Below are positions 17,139 to 25,045 of a stretch of DNA of 31,596 nt, piece by piece. Position 1 is the first letter of the stretch. Every line of letters starts with the position of its first letter. Origin of the DNA: Spirochaetaceae bacterium (GTDB lineage Bacteria; Spirochaetota; Spirochaetia; Treponematales; Breznakiellaceae); assembly GCA_031258335.1 (NCBI GenBank), contig JAIRMY010000145.1, positions 1 to 31,596 of the forward strand. The letters are read 5' to 3'. The position numbers and the translations under genes are program-made. Under the pieces are notes generated by a model. The model did no database searches. It had not been told where the DNA came from and saw only the letters and a list, made by a program, of their open reading frames with translations.

Positions 17139-18359
17139 ATGATGAAATACAAATTAGGCGCCGGGGCTTTGTCTATGAAAAACCTTAAAGCCCGTCCCGT
17201 TCGTACCGCCTGTCTTGCGGCGGTGGTAGGGATACTAGCCTTCACCCTGTTCGGAGGCTCTATCATTACCCTGAACCTCCGGCAGGGACTTTCTACGATG
17301 ACCAAACGCTTCGGGGCGGATCTGATGGTGGTCCCCGCCGGGGCTTCAGGGCAGGCGCAGGCCTTACTGCTGCGCGGGGGAACAAATTACTTTTACTTTG
17401 ACGGGGCTATAGTCGATGAAATCGCCAGTACCGACGGCACAGCCTGCGCTTCGCCCCAATTTTTTCTCAGTTCCCTGTCTGAGAGTTGTTGCGACGCCAT
17501 GGTACAGCTCATAGCCTACGACCCGGCAACGGATTTTGTCGTCCAACCCTGGATTGCGGAGAAGTACCGTGGAACGGTGGTAGACGGACAGCTTGTCGTT
17601 GGCAGCCGTATTGCCGTCCGCACCGATAACACCATCAGACTCATAGGAAACAGCTACCCGGTGGCGGCGCGGCTTTCACAGAGCGCCAGTGGATTGGACA
17701 CCTCAATTTTTATGACGATGAATACCATGCGGCTTCTCGTGGCGCGCGCCCGAGCGGATGGCTATAACAACTTTGCCGTGCAGGAAAAAGAGATGAACCG
17801 GGGGGCTGTTTCGGCGGTACTTGTAAAAAGCGATACCGCTTTACCCCCGTCGCGGCTTGCCCGGACGATACGGCAGGAAAATGAGGGGGTGGATGTCTTA
17901 GTTTCCCAGGGTATTTTTTCCGCCCTCGCCACCACGCTGTCCGGGTTTGTTTCCTACATTCGTATTTTTTCCGCAGCCCTCTGGATACTGGCGGTGATCA
18001 TTCTAGCGGCGGTGTTTTCGCTTTCCATCCATGAGCGAAAGAAGGAATTTGCCCTGTTGCGTATTCTTGGGGCCACGCGGAAAAAACTCATCGCCATAGT
18101 ATTGGGGGAATCCTCCCTTGCCGGTCTCGCGGGCGGCGCGGCGGGAATAGTCCTCGGAAGCCTCGCGGTGTTTCCTTTCAGCACCCTAATCAGCGAGCGG
18201 CTGGAACTGCCGTATCTTGACGCGCCGCTTCTCGGTATTATCCCGCTGGCGGCGGGCAGCCTTTTTCTTTCGATTCTGGCGGGCTCTCTGGCATCGCTTT
18301 ACGCGGCGCTCCGAATCAGCGCGGCGGAGACGTACTTTACCATGCGGGAGGGCGAATGA
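17139..18359 (+). CDS. MacB/FtsX-family ABC permease
   Basis: One N-terminal TM (RFGADLMVVP after it), a large periplasmic loop, then three TMs with ERKKEFALLRILGATRKKL. Confidence 0.87.
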   Translation: MMKYKLGAGALSMKNLKARPVRTACLAAVVGILAFTLFGGSIITLNLRQGLSTMTKRFGADLMVVPAGASGQAQALLLRGGTNYFYFDGAIVDEIASTDGTACASPQFFLSSLSESCCDAMVQLIAYDPATDFVVQPWIAEKYRGTVVDGQLVVGSRIAVRTDNTIRLIGNSYPVAARLSQSASGLDTSIFMTMNTMRLLVARARADGYNNFAVQEKEMNRGAVSAVLVKSDTALPPSRLARTIRQENEGVDVLVSQGIFSALATTLSGFVSYIRIFSAALWILAVIILAAVFSLSIHERKKEFALLRILGATRKKLIAIVLGESSLAGLAGGAAGIVLGSLAVFPFSTLISERLELPYLDAPLLGIIPLAAGSLFLSILAGSLASLYAALRISAAETYFTMREGE

Positions 18360-19033
18360 TGGGGCTCCTTGAATTTAAGGAACTGTGCAAAGAGTACAGG
18401 CGGGGAGGGCGGGCGTTTAACGCGGTGAACCGCGCAAACCTTTCCGTTGAGCCGGGAGATTTTATCAGCATTATAGGGAGGAGCGGGAGCGGGAAGACCA
18501 CCCTCCTCAACATGGGGGCGGGGCTGCTCAAGCCGACCGGGGGCTCGGTCTTTTTTGAAGGGCATGATATACACCGCCTGAACGATGAAGAAATATCCTT
18601 TTTCCGCAACGAAAAAATAGGCTATGTCCCGCAAGGGCAGAGCCTCCTCTCGAACTTTACCGTCTTCGACAATGTGTGTATCCCCTGGTTTCTGTTCAAG
18701 CGCGAGGGGGATGCGGAAGGACGGGCATTCATCCTGCTTGAAAAAGTGGGGATAAGCCATCTTGCCGCCTCGTACCCAAGAGAGCTGTCCGGCGGCGAGA
18801 TGCGGCGCGCCGCCATAGCCCGCGCCCTCATCAACAGTCCCCGCATCCTCATCGCCGATGAGCCTACCGGCGACCTTGATGTACAGACCACGGCGGAGAT
18901 CATGCGGCTTTTCAAGGCTATAGCGGAGGAAGGCACGGCGGTGCTGATCGTTACCCATGAGCTTGACACCCTTGATTACGGCAACAAGACCTATACGATG
19001 GATGCGGGAAACCTGTCGCCCCACGCCGCCTGA
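18356..19033 (+). CDS. LolD/MacB-type ABC ATPase
   Basis: GRSGSGKTT, FRNEKIGYVPQ, LSGGEMRR, LIADEPTGDLD and VTH. Confidence 0.93.
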   Translation: MMGLLEFKELCKEYRRGGRAFNAVNRANLSVEPGDFISIIGRSGSGKTTLLNMGAGLLKPTGGSVFFEGHDIHRLNDEEISFFRNEKIGYVPQGQSLLSNFTVFDNVCIPWFLFKREGDAEGRAFILLEKVGISHLAASYPRELSGGEMRRAAIARALINSPRILIADEPTGDLDVQTTAEIMRLFKAIAEEGTAVLIVTHELDTLDYGNKTYTMDAGNLSPHAA

Positions 19034-19050
19034 GTTGTATTCACGATGAG

Positions 19051-19650
19051 ATGATGAAACTGAGCGCGGAACAGGAAGCCGCTTTTACCGGTATCGTAAA
19101 TCGGTACTATGAAAAGATACTCAAATTCTGCTATTATGCGCTGGGCGGAGACCAAGCCGAAGATTGCGCTCAGGATATTTTCCTCATCCTCTATGAGAAG
19201 ATGGGCGGGCTCCGCGACTATGACAGGATAGGCGGCTGGCTGTACAAAACGGCGGGAAATGTTTCCAAACAGTACGCCGCCTCCCGCCGGAATGAACGCG
19301 AAAAATTTGCCGCCCCTTCCGTGAACTTTGCGGCGGGCGGGGATGGAGTATCGCTTCTTGACTGTATCGCCGCCAAAAGTCCTATAAAAAGCGAGGAAGA
19401 GCGTATCGCCGAGGAAAGGGCGATAGCCTGGGCGGACGGTGAAATCAGGAAACGGCTCAAGGGCGATAACGAGCGTGTTCTAGAACTCGCCTTCAGGCAA
19501 AAGCAGCCGCTTGCGGAAGTGGCCGCCCGGCTCGGCATAAGCCTCGGCGCGGCAAAGTCGCGGGTGAGCAGGCTACGGCAAAGAATCAACGCCCTTGCCC
19601 GGGAATTGCTGGAGGATTGGACAGGAGTATACCATGGCGCAAAAGACTAA
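19051..19650 (+). CDS. ECF-type RNA polymerase sigma factor
   Basis: Region 2 (AEDCAQDIFL...GWLYKTA.N) and region 4 (PLAEVAARLGISLGAAKSRVSRLRQRI). Confidence 0.88.
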   Translation: MMKLSAEQEAAFTGIVNRYYEKILKFCYYALGGDQAEDCAQDIFLILYEKMGGLRDYDRIGGWLYKTAGNVSKQYAASRRNEREKFAAPSVNFAAGGDGVSLLDCIAAKSPIKSEEERIAEERAIAWADGEIRKRLKGDNERVLELAFRQKQPLAEVAARLGISLGAAKSRVSRLRQRINALARELLEDWTGVYHGAKD

Positions 19651-20869
19651 AGGGTTATACGGCGGCGTAAGGAGTTTCATAAGCGCTTTATGTTGCCCCA
19701 AATGCGGTAAAGAATACGATCACCTGAAGATTCAGCACATCTGCGAATGCGGCGGCCCGCTGTTGGCTGTATATGATATGCCCCAAGCCGGAAAGCACCT
19801 TAGCCCGGAACTGTTGAAAGAACGGCCCCCAAACCTCTGGCGTTACCGCGAACTCTTGCCGGTACTGGATGCGGCCAACATCGTATCTCTGGGGGAAGGC
19901 TTTACCCCCCTCACGCCCCTGCCGCGGCTGGAAGAACGATACGGCTTTGGCAGCCTGTACCTGAAAGACGAAGGTGTCATCCCCACCGGAACCTTCAAGG
20001 CCAGGGGCGCCGCGGTAGGGATATCCAAGGCCAAAGAGTTGGGGGTGCGCCATATAGCCATGCCGACCAACGGCAATGCCGGAGCCGCTTGGGCGGCCTA
20101 TGCCGCCCGCGCGGAAATTGAAGCCCATATCGTGATGCCCGAAGCCGCCCCCCTCATCACCCGCACCGAATGCGCCGCCGCCGGCGCCAAAGTACTTATG
20201 GTAAAGGGACTCATCAGCGACTGCGGTAAAATCATAGCGCGGGCGATTGCCTCCCGCGGCTGGTACGACGCGAGTACGCTGAAAGAGCCTTACCGTATTG
20301 AGGGTAAAAAAACCATGGGCTACGAGATAGCGGAACAACTCGGCTGGAAGATCCCCGATGTCATCGCCTACCCTACCGGAGGCGGCGTCGGCATCATCGG
20401 CATATACAAGGCGCTTTGTGAGATGCGGACCCTGGGCTGGATAGGGGAAAAATTCCCCCGTCTTGTCGCGGTACAGGCCGAAGGCTGCGCCCCCATAGTG
20501 CGGGCCTTTGAAAAAAACGCGGGGAAAAGCGAATTCTTCCCCGATTCAAAAACCGTCGCCTTCGGCATCAATGTCCCCAAGGCTTTTGGAGACTTTTTGG
20601 TGCTGGACGGTCTCTATAAAACCGCGGGAACCGCCGTGTCTGTAACGGATGGGGAAATAATCGAGTCTCTGAAGGAACTCGCCTCCGCCGAAGGCGAGTT
20701 TGTCTGCCCCGAAGGGGCCGCCGCCTTTGCCGGCATCAAAAAACTACGCGCTCAAAACTGGATCCGGGCGGACGAGTCTGTAGTACTGCTGAACACCGGT
20801 GCGGGTATCAAGTACCCCCATACCCTGAACTTCGATATCCCGTTCTGTTCTCTAGATGGAAACATTTAG
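19634..20869 (+). CDS. thrC: Threonine synthase family PLP enzyme with N-terminal CxxC...CxCGG motif
   Basis: Start ATG 19634 (SD CAGGAG). Motifs VSLGEGFTPL, LKDEG..PTGTFKARG (PLP Lys), TNGNAGAAWAAYAARA, EGKKTMGYE, PTGGGVG, PEGAA and LLNTGAGIKY. The substrate cannot be proven from sequence. Confidence 0.8.
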   Translation: MAQKTKGLYGGVRSFISALCCPKCGKEYDHLKIQHICECGGPLLAVYDMPQAGKHLSPELLKERPPNLWRYRELLPVLDAANIVSLGEGFTPLTPLPRLEERYGFGSLYLKDEGVIPTGTFKARGAAVGISKAKELGVRHIAMPTNGNAGAAWAAYAARAEIEAHIVMPEAAPLITRTECAAAGAKVLMVKGLISDCGKIIARAIASRGWYDASTLKEPYRIEGKKTMGYEIAEQLGWKIPDVIAYPTGGGVGIIGIYKALCEMRTLGWIGEKFPRLVAVQAEGCAPIVRAFEKNAGKSEFFPDSKTVAFGINVPKAFGDFLVLDGLYKTAGTAVSVTDGEIIESLKELASAEGEFVCPEGAAAFAGIKKLRAQNWIRADESVVLLNTGAGIKYPHTLNFDIPFCSLDGNI

Positions 20870-20881
20870 AAGCCGGCGGGT

Positions 20882-20931
20882 GTTGAACCATGAACCAAGG
20901 CGGGCATTTTTTACCCGCCTTGCGGTTCAAC
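20882..20931. terminator. Probable bidirectional terminator hairpin between convergent genes
   Basis: caaggcggg (20896-20904) pairs with cccgccttg (20914-20922). Outer arms gttgaacc (20882-20889) and ggttcaac (20924-20931). Confidence 0.6.
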
Positions 20932-20940
20932 GCCGCGCGT

Positions 20941-21774
20941 TTACCTAACAACCCCCTTTTCAACGACCACCGACTCGGGGTCAACGGTGTTTCCATAGAT
21001 CGGGCGCAGGGCGGCGTCATAGGCATCGTGGAAGAAACGGTCCCCCAGGTTGTTTTGGATCTCATGGTTGATCCAGTCCCGAAGCTCCGTGTTGCCCTTC
21101 CGCACAGCCGGGGCAATGGTGTCAAGGCTGCCTATAGACTCAATGGTTGTGGTAAAACCGGGATTTTCAACCGCCCATGCAAAGAGGAGGGTGTTATCCT
21201 GGGAGAGAGCGGCGCCCCGTCCGTCCTTCAATGCGTTAAAGGCATCGGAGATTTCATCGTACTTTTGAAGGGTGATTTGCGGGTAGTTTTCGGCAAAGTA
21301 GGTTTCCGCGGTGGTTCCCTTGATGATGATAAGCTCCTTGCCGCTGAGCTGGGAAATGTCCTTTATCGGCGCCGAATCGGGGGAGACTATACCCAGCGCC
21401 ACCTTCATGTAGGGCAGGGCGAAATCCACCGCTTCGGCTCGGGCTGGAGTTACAGTGAAGTTAGCCAGGATAATGTCAACTTTGTCGGATTGTAGGAACT
21501 CCACCCTGCTCGCCGGTACTACCGGAACGAATTCGATAGCATTCTCGTCCCCCAAAAGATCCTTGGCCAAACGGTGAGCGAGATACACGTCGTAACCCTG
21601 GTTGACGCCCCGTTCATCCACATAGCCGAAGGGCTTCTTGTCCGTAAAGATACCGATGCGTATCTTTCCGTTTTGCTTGATCCGGTCGATCGCGCCGCCC
21701 GAATCCTTCTTTCCGCCGGCAAAGACGGAAACCGTTACCGCAAAAGCCAATACTGCAAAAATCAGCTTTTTCAT
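20941..21774 (-). CDS. Polar amino-acid ABC substrate-binding protein, CjaA-like (cysteine-type)
   Basis: Signal MKKLIFAVLAFAVTVSVFAGGKKD. Motifs RIGIFTDKKPFGYVD, GYDVYLA, LAKDLLGDEN, ANFTVTPARAEAVDFALPYMKVALG and LSQDNT. SD AGGAGG. Confidence 0.85.
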   Translation of the reverse strand: MKKLIFAVLAFAVTVSVFAGGKKDSGGAIDRIKQNGKIRIGIFTDKKPFGYVDERGVNQGYDVYLAHRLAKDLLGDENAIEFVPVVPASRVEFLQSDKVDIILANFTVTPARAEAVDFALPYMKVALGIVSPDSAPIKDISQLSGKELIIIKGTTAETYFAENYPQITLQKYDEISDAFNALKDGRGAALSQDNTLLFAWAVENPGFTTTIESIGSLDTIAPAVRKGNTELRDWINHEIQNNLGDRFFHDAYDAALRPIYGNTVDPESVVVEKGVVR

Positions 21775-21848
21775 TTTTTATCCTCCTATAGGAAAAATAA
21801 GAATTAGGTATAAATTAACCGTTATACCAGCGGATTGTTCTACCTTTC

Positions 21849-22607
21849 TTAAACAGACTCGGCTTTAAACTCGAATATGTTCAAAAACCGCGCCGCCCGC
21901 TCTGTTTTCGGCTTGGAAAAAAAAGAGTCCGGGATGTTTTCTTCAACAATTTCCCCTGAATCCATAAAGATGACACGGCTTGCCACCGCCCGGGCAAATT
22001 GCATTTCGTGGGTAACGATTATCATAGTCATCCCGCTGTTCGCCAGAGTGAGCATCACGTCCAGCACCTCCCTGACCATCTCCGGGTCCAGGGCGGCGGT
22101 AACCTCGTCAAAGAGCATTATCTCAGGCTCCATCACCAGCGCCCTGATGATAGCGACCCGCTGTTTCTGCCCCCCCGAAAGCTGGCGTGGAAAAGCCCGT
22201 TCTTTTTCCGCCAGCCCTACCCGTTCCAGAAGCAGCCGGGCGGAGCGTTCCGCCTCCCCGCGTTCCCGCTTCTGCACTTTAAGGGGGCCCAGGAGTATGT
22301 TTTCCAGCACCGTCATGTGTGGAAAAAGGTCGTAACTCTGAAACACCATGCCCACTTTCTGCCGGATAAGCCGCCAGTCGGTCTTATCCGCCGGTTTACC
22401 CGTACTGATGACTTCGCCGTCCAGCCGTATCACTCCCTCCTCAATCCTCTCGAGTCCGTTCATGCAGCGCAACAGGGTACTCTTGCCGCACCCCGACGGC
22501 CCCAGTATGACCAACACCTCTTGTTTTTCTACGCTGAGGGAGATGTCTCTCAGCACCGTCACGCCGTCAAAGCGTTTGTTTAGACGTTCAATTTCCAGTA
22601 AGGCCAT
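21849..22607 (-). CDS. Polar amino-acid ABC ATPase (GlnQ family)
   Basis: Real start is MALLEIERL at 22607, TGATG-coupled to the upstream stop. Motifs [29 protein letters not shown] and VTHEMQFA. Confidence 0.93.
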   Translation of the reverse strand: MALLEIERLNKRFDGVTVLRDISLSVEKQEVLVILGPSGCGKSTLLRCMNGLERIEEGVIRLDGEVISTGKPADKTDWRLIRQKVGMVFQSYDLFPHMTVLENILLGPLKVQKRERGEAERSARLLLERVGLAEKERAFPRQLSGGQKQRVAIIRALVMEPEIMLFDEVTAALDPEMVREVLDVMLTLANSGMTMIIVTHEMQFARAVASRVIFMDSGEIVEENIPDSFFSKPKTERAARFLNIFEFKAESV

Positions 22608-23284
22608 CAGCCTTGCCACCTTTGTTCGAGCCGTTTTGAGAAATGGGATATAGGCATACAGATAAAAAAATAGAGAAAGAAGATAAGCCCGTAAACCCAA
22701 AATGCCGTAGTAGGCCGTTTCAAATAATTCATCTCGATAACCTGCTGCCCTACTTTGAGTACCTCCACCACGCCTATCATCACCACCAGCGAAGTAGTCT
22801 TTATCATTCTGGTAGTCAGATTGATCGCCCCCGGCAGGAGTCGCCGCAGCGCCTGGGGAATGATGATATGCCGGTAGAGTTGGGGCTTTGTCAGCCCCAG
22901 TGCGTAACCGCTCTCGTACTGGTGCTTCTGCAAACTGGTAACCGCCCCGCGAACTATGTCCCCCATTTCGGCGGCGCCCCAGAGGGTGAACACCAGCACC
23001 GAGGCGGCCTCGCCGCTTAAATTGATATGCAGGTTCATAGAAAGGCCAAAGTAAAAGATGAAGAGCCACACGAGAACCGGAATAATACGCATCGTCTCCA
23101 GGTAGAGACGGCAGAAGAACACTATGACCCGGTTCCGGCTTGTCATCAGGATGCCCGTCAGCGTTCCCAAAAGCATGGCGAAGGCCGCCGAAACTAGGGA
23201 AATTCGCAGAGTCACCAGCAGTCCCAGCAGTATGCGCTGTAAGTTTATCCCTTCAAAGAGGACGCTAAACCCCATGTTCCCCAT
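22607..23284 (-). CDS. Amino-acid ABC permease (HisM/GlnP family)
   Basis: [30 protein letters not shown] and IIPQALRR. Confidence 0.92.
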   Translation of the reverse strand: MGNMGFSVLFEGINLQRILLGLLVTLRISLVSAAFAMLLGTLTGILMTSRNRVIVFFCRLYLETMRIIPVLVWLFIFYFGLSMNLHINLSGEAASVLVFTLWGAAEMGDIVRGAVTSLQKHQYESGYALGLTKPQLYRHIIIPQALRRLLPGAINLTTRMIKTTSLVVMIGVVEVLKVGQQVIEMNYLKRPTTAFWVYGLIFFLYFFICMPISHFSKRLEQRWQG

Positions 23285-23924
23285 AGCGCAGCCTCTTTTC
23301 CGCGAAGCGAAACAAAAACGAAAGGGGTAAAAGCAGAAGCAGATACCCCGCCACCAGCATAGTAAGGGCTTCGTTGGTCTTGTAGTACATCCCTATAAGA
23401 TCTTTAGCCACGGAAGTCAAATCAGCCAAGGCGATAATGCTGACCACGCTGGTTTCTTTAAGAAGGAACAGCACATTCGCCCCCAGTGAAGGCATAGCCA
23501 CAGACAAGGCCTGGGGCAGCACAACGTACCGTATGAGCTGGGTTCGGGAGAGCCCTATGGAAAGCCCTCCCTCAATCTGGTTCACGCCTATGGCTTCAAG
23601 CCCTCCCCGAAAAGCCTCGGCCATGTAGGACCCGCCCAAAAAAGTAAGGCCTATCACCGCGCAGGTAAAGGATTCAAACCTGATACCTACCCGCGGCAGT
23701 CCGAAATAGAGGAAAAATAGCTGAATCAGAAGCGGCGTATTCCGCGACAATTCGATATAAACCCCGCTGAGGGGGCTCAAAACCGGAACGCGGTAATACC
23801 GGAAGAGGGCGCATAAAAGCCCCGCAGCCAACGAAAACACCACGCCCAGAAAGCACAATCTGAGGACCAGCACGATGGCCGAGAGGTAGAGCGGGGTAAA
23901 CCGCAGTATAAATGCCGTATCCAA
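23265..23924 (-). CDS. Amino-acid ABC permease (HisQ family); start taken as TTG 23924 (ORF is open to 23966)
   Basis: RNTPLLIQLFFLYFGLP, SYMAEAFRGG, QIEGGLSIGLS, VLPQAL and LLKETSVVS. Confidence 0.9.
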   Translation of the reverse strand: MDTAFILRFTPLYLSAIVLVLRLCFLGVVFSLAAGLLCALFRYYRVPVLSPLSGVYIELSRNTPLLIQLFFLYFGLPRVGIRFESFTCAVIGLTFLGGSYMAEAFRGGLEAIGVNQIEGGLSIGLSRTQLIRYVVLPQALSVAMPSLGANVLFLLKETSVVSIIALADLTSVAKDLIGMYYKTNEALTMLVAGYLLLLLPLSFLFRFAEKRLRYGEHGV

Positions 23925-24103
23925 ATCAAAACACCCTATAAAACCTATTGATATTATAAGATACATTATCGGATCACTTTCCTGTTGTCAAGGAGCTTTT
24001 TGCGGATATATTTTTTGCGGATAGCGGATAATAGCGGTTTCCGGTATTATATTTTTTTGCAACTTTTTACAAAAACTGTGAGTCATACTGTAGGGGACGG
24101 ATA

Positions 24104-24520
24104 ATGGAAAAACAAGAAACGCGGGATTCCCTTATCAAAGGCATAGAGCAGGAATTACAAAAAGACGCGGCAGCCGTTGACGGCGATTTTATTGACCGCT
24201 GGATAGACGAGTTATGCGCGCTGGACGGCGTCTCTCCGCCGAAACTCAGCTATAACGCGCCGCTTGCCGCCGCCCGGGCTATCCGCGCCCGCGCCGCCTG
24301 GAGGCGCCGGAATGAGGAGGCTGCCCGGTCGCGGAAACGCCGGTTTACCCGCCGCGCGGTACGCGGGGCGGCGGCGGTGGCTTGCGCGTTCCTATTTTTC
24401 ATTTCCGCCAACTACCTGACCACCCTCGCGACCGGCTCCTGCCTTCCCTCCAAAGCCGGCATAGAGATCTGCTGCGGGACGCGATTCTGCCGCTGCGAAA
24501 CAGCCAAAGCGGATGAGTAA
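24104..24520 (+). CDS. Hypothetical single-TM protein with Cys-rich C-terminus, anti-sigma-like architecture
   Basis: SD-like GGGGACGG. Acidic helical N-terminus (DGDFIDRWIDEL), Arg-rich stretch, TM (AAAVACAFLFFISANYL), then SCL...ICCGTRFCRCE. Confidence 0.6.
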   Translation: MEKQETRDSLIKGIEQELQKDAAAVDGDFIDRWIDELCALDGVSPPKLSYNAPLAAARAIRARAAWRRRNEEAARSRKRRFTRRAVRGAAAVACAFLFFISANYLTTLATGSCLPSKAGIEICCGTRFCRCETAKADE

Positions 24521-24604
24521 AAACGCTGCCATCCCTAATAACTCTAGAAGATTGTATGGTCCAAAGTCCGGCGCGAAATTCGCGCTGTACCTACGGAGAA
24601 AAGT

Positions 24605-24874
24605 TTAAGCGCCGTGGGTATCATTGAATAAGGGTAATATGCGGCAACGAGTTTTATTGAGATCAATGGTAACCAAAGCGCCTTTCTCAAGCTCAACCGC
24701 CAGTTTTTGTACGGCAGAAATGACCAAACCGGCGGAGCTATCCGGGCTGACATCGCCCATACGGATCTGTATAACACTCGGCTTGTCGTTATGGGTTGCG
24801 GCAAGTATGGAGCCGAAATCAAGGTCATGGGTAAGCACGAGGAAGTCATTAGCCATGGCATAGTCTATTATTCG
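24605..24874 (-). pseudogene. 5'-truncated DUF5615 PIN-like (VapC45-type) toxin remnant
   Basis: IIDYAMANDFLVLTHDLDFGSILA...PSVIQIR...GALVTID..RCRILPL is the C-terminal two-thirds of the family. The catalytic N-terminus is absent and no partner antitoxin is seen. Confidence 0.7.
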
Positions 24875-24879
24875 GCCAT

Positions 24880-24951
24880 TCTGGTTTAATACCCCGCCGC
24901 TTGCGGCGGCTCAAGAAATACATCGCTTTCACAATTTGGTATTAAACCAGA
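24880..24951. mobile_element. 72-bp MITE/REP-like element with 14-bp inverted ends and a 4-bp flanking direct repeat
   Basis: tctggtttaatacc (24880-24893) and ggtattaaaccaga (24938-24951) are perfect inverted repeats. Internal hairpin ccgccgc-tt-gcggcgg (24894-24909). CCAT flanks both sides (24876-24879 and 24952-24955). Confidence 0.65.
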
Positions 24952-24972
24952 CCATATTATAAATTTCCTATA

Positions 24973-25043
24973 CGAACGAACCTCCGCTGAAATAAAACTT
25001 TTATTAAAGATACCGCAGGGCTTGCCCGGCGGAGGTTCATTCG
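24973..25043. repeat. Second 71-bp palindromic element with a GCTTGC-loop hairpin
   Basis: cgaacgaacctccgc (24973-24987) vs gcggaggttcattcg (25029-25043), 14/15 inverted match. Internal hairpin ccgcagggc-tt-gcccggcgg. Confidence 0.55.
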
Positions 25044-25045
25044 CC

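Noticed and set aside
17053-17142. 29-codon ORF (MKMIVKANNIDNNIFHVYYLAILNTRERL) with a G-rich SD, overlapping the permease start
   Set aside because: It runs through a good TTGACA-17-TACTAT promoter in AT-rich DNA and resembles no peptide family. Only ribosome profiling could rescue it.
20890-21495. Long antisense ORFs (also 1225-1788, 18299-19024, 21999-22583, 19688-20338, 7932-8465 and others)
   Set aside because: They are shadows of well-supported genes on the opposite strand, with no motifs of their own. This is expected in GC-rich coding DNA.
22608-23069. 154-aa N-terminal extension of the ABC ATPase in the ORF track
   Set aside because: It overlaps the permease in another frame. The ATPase fold starts at MALLEIERL (22607), coupled to the permease stop.
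24876-25043. CRISPR mini-array (palindromes plus 25-28 nt spacers)
   Set aside because: The two units do not share a direct repeat sequence, and there are no cas genes.
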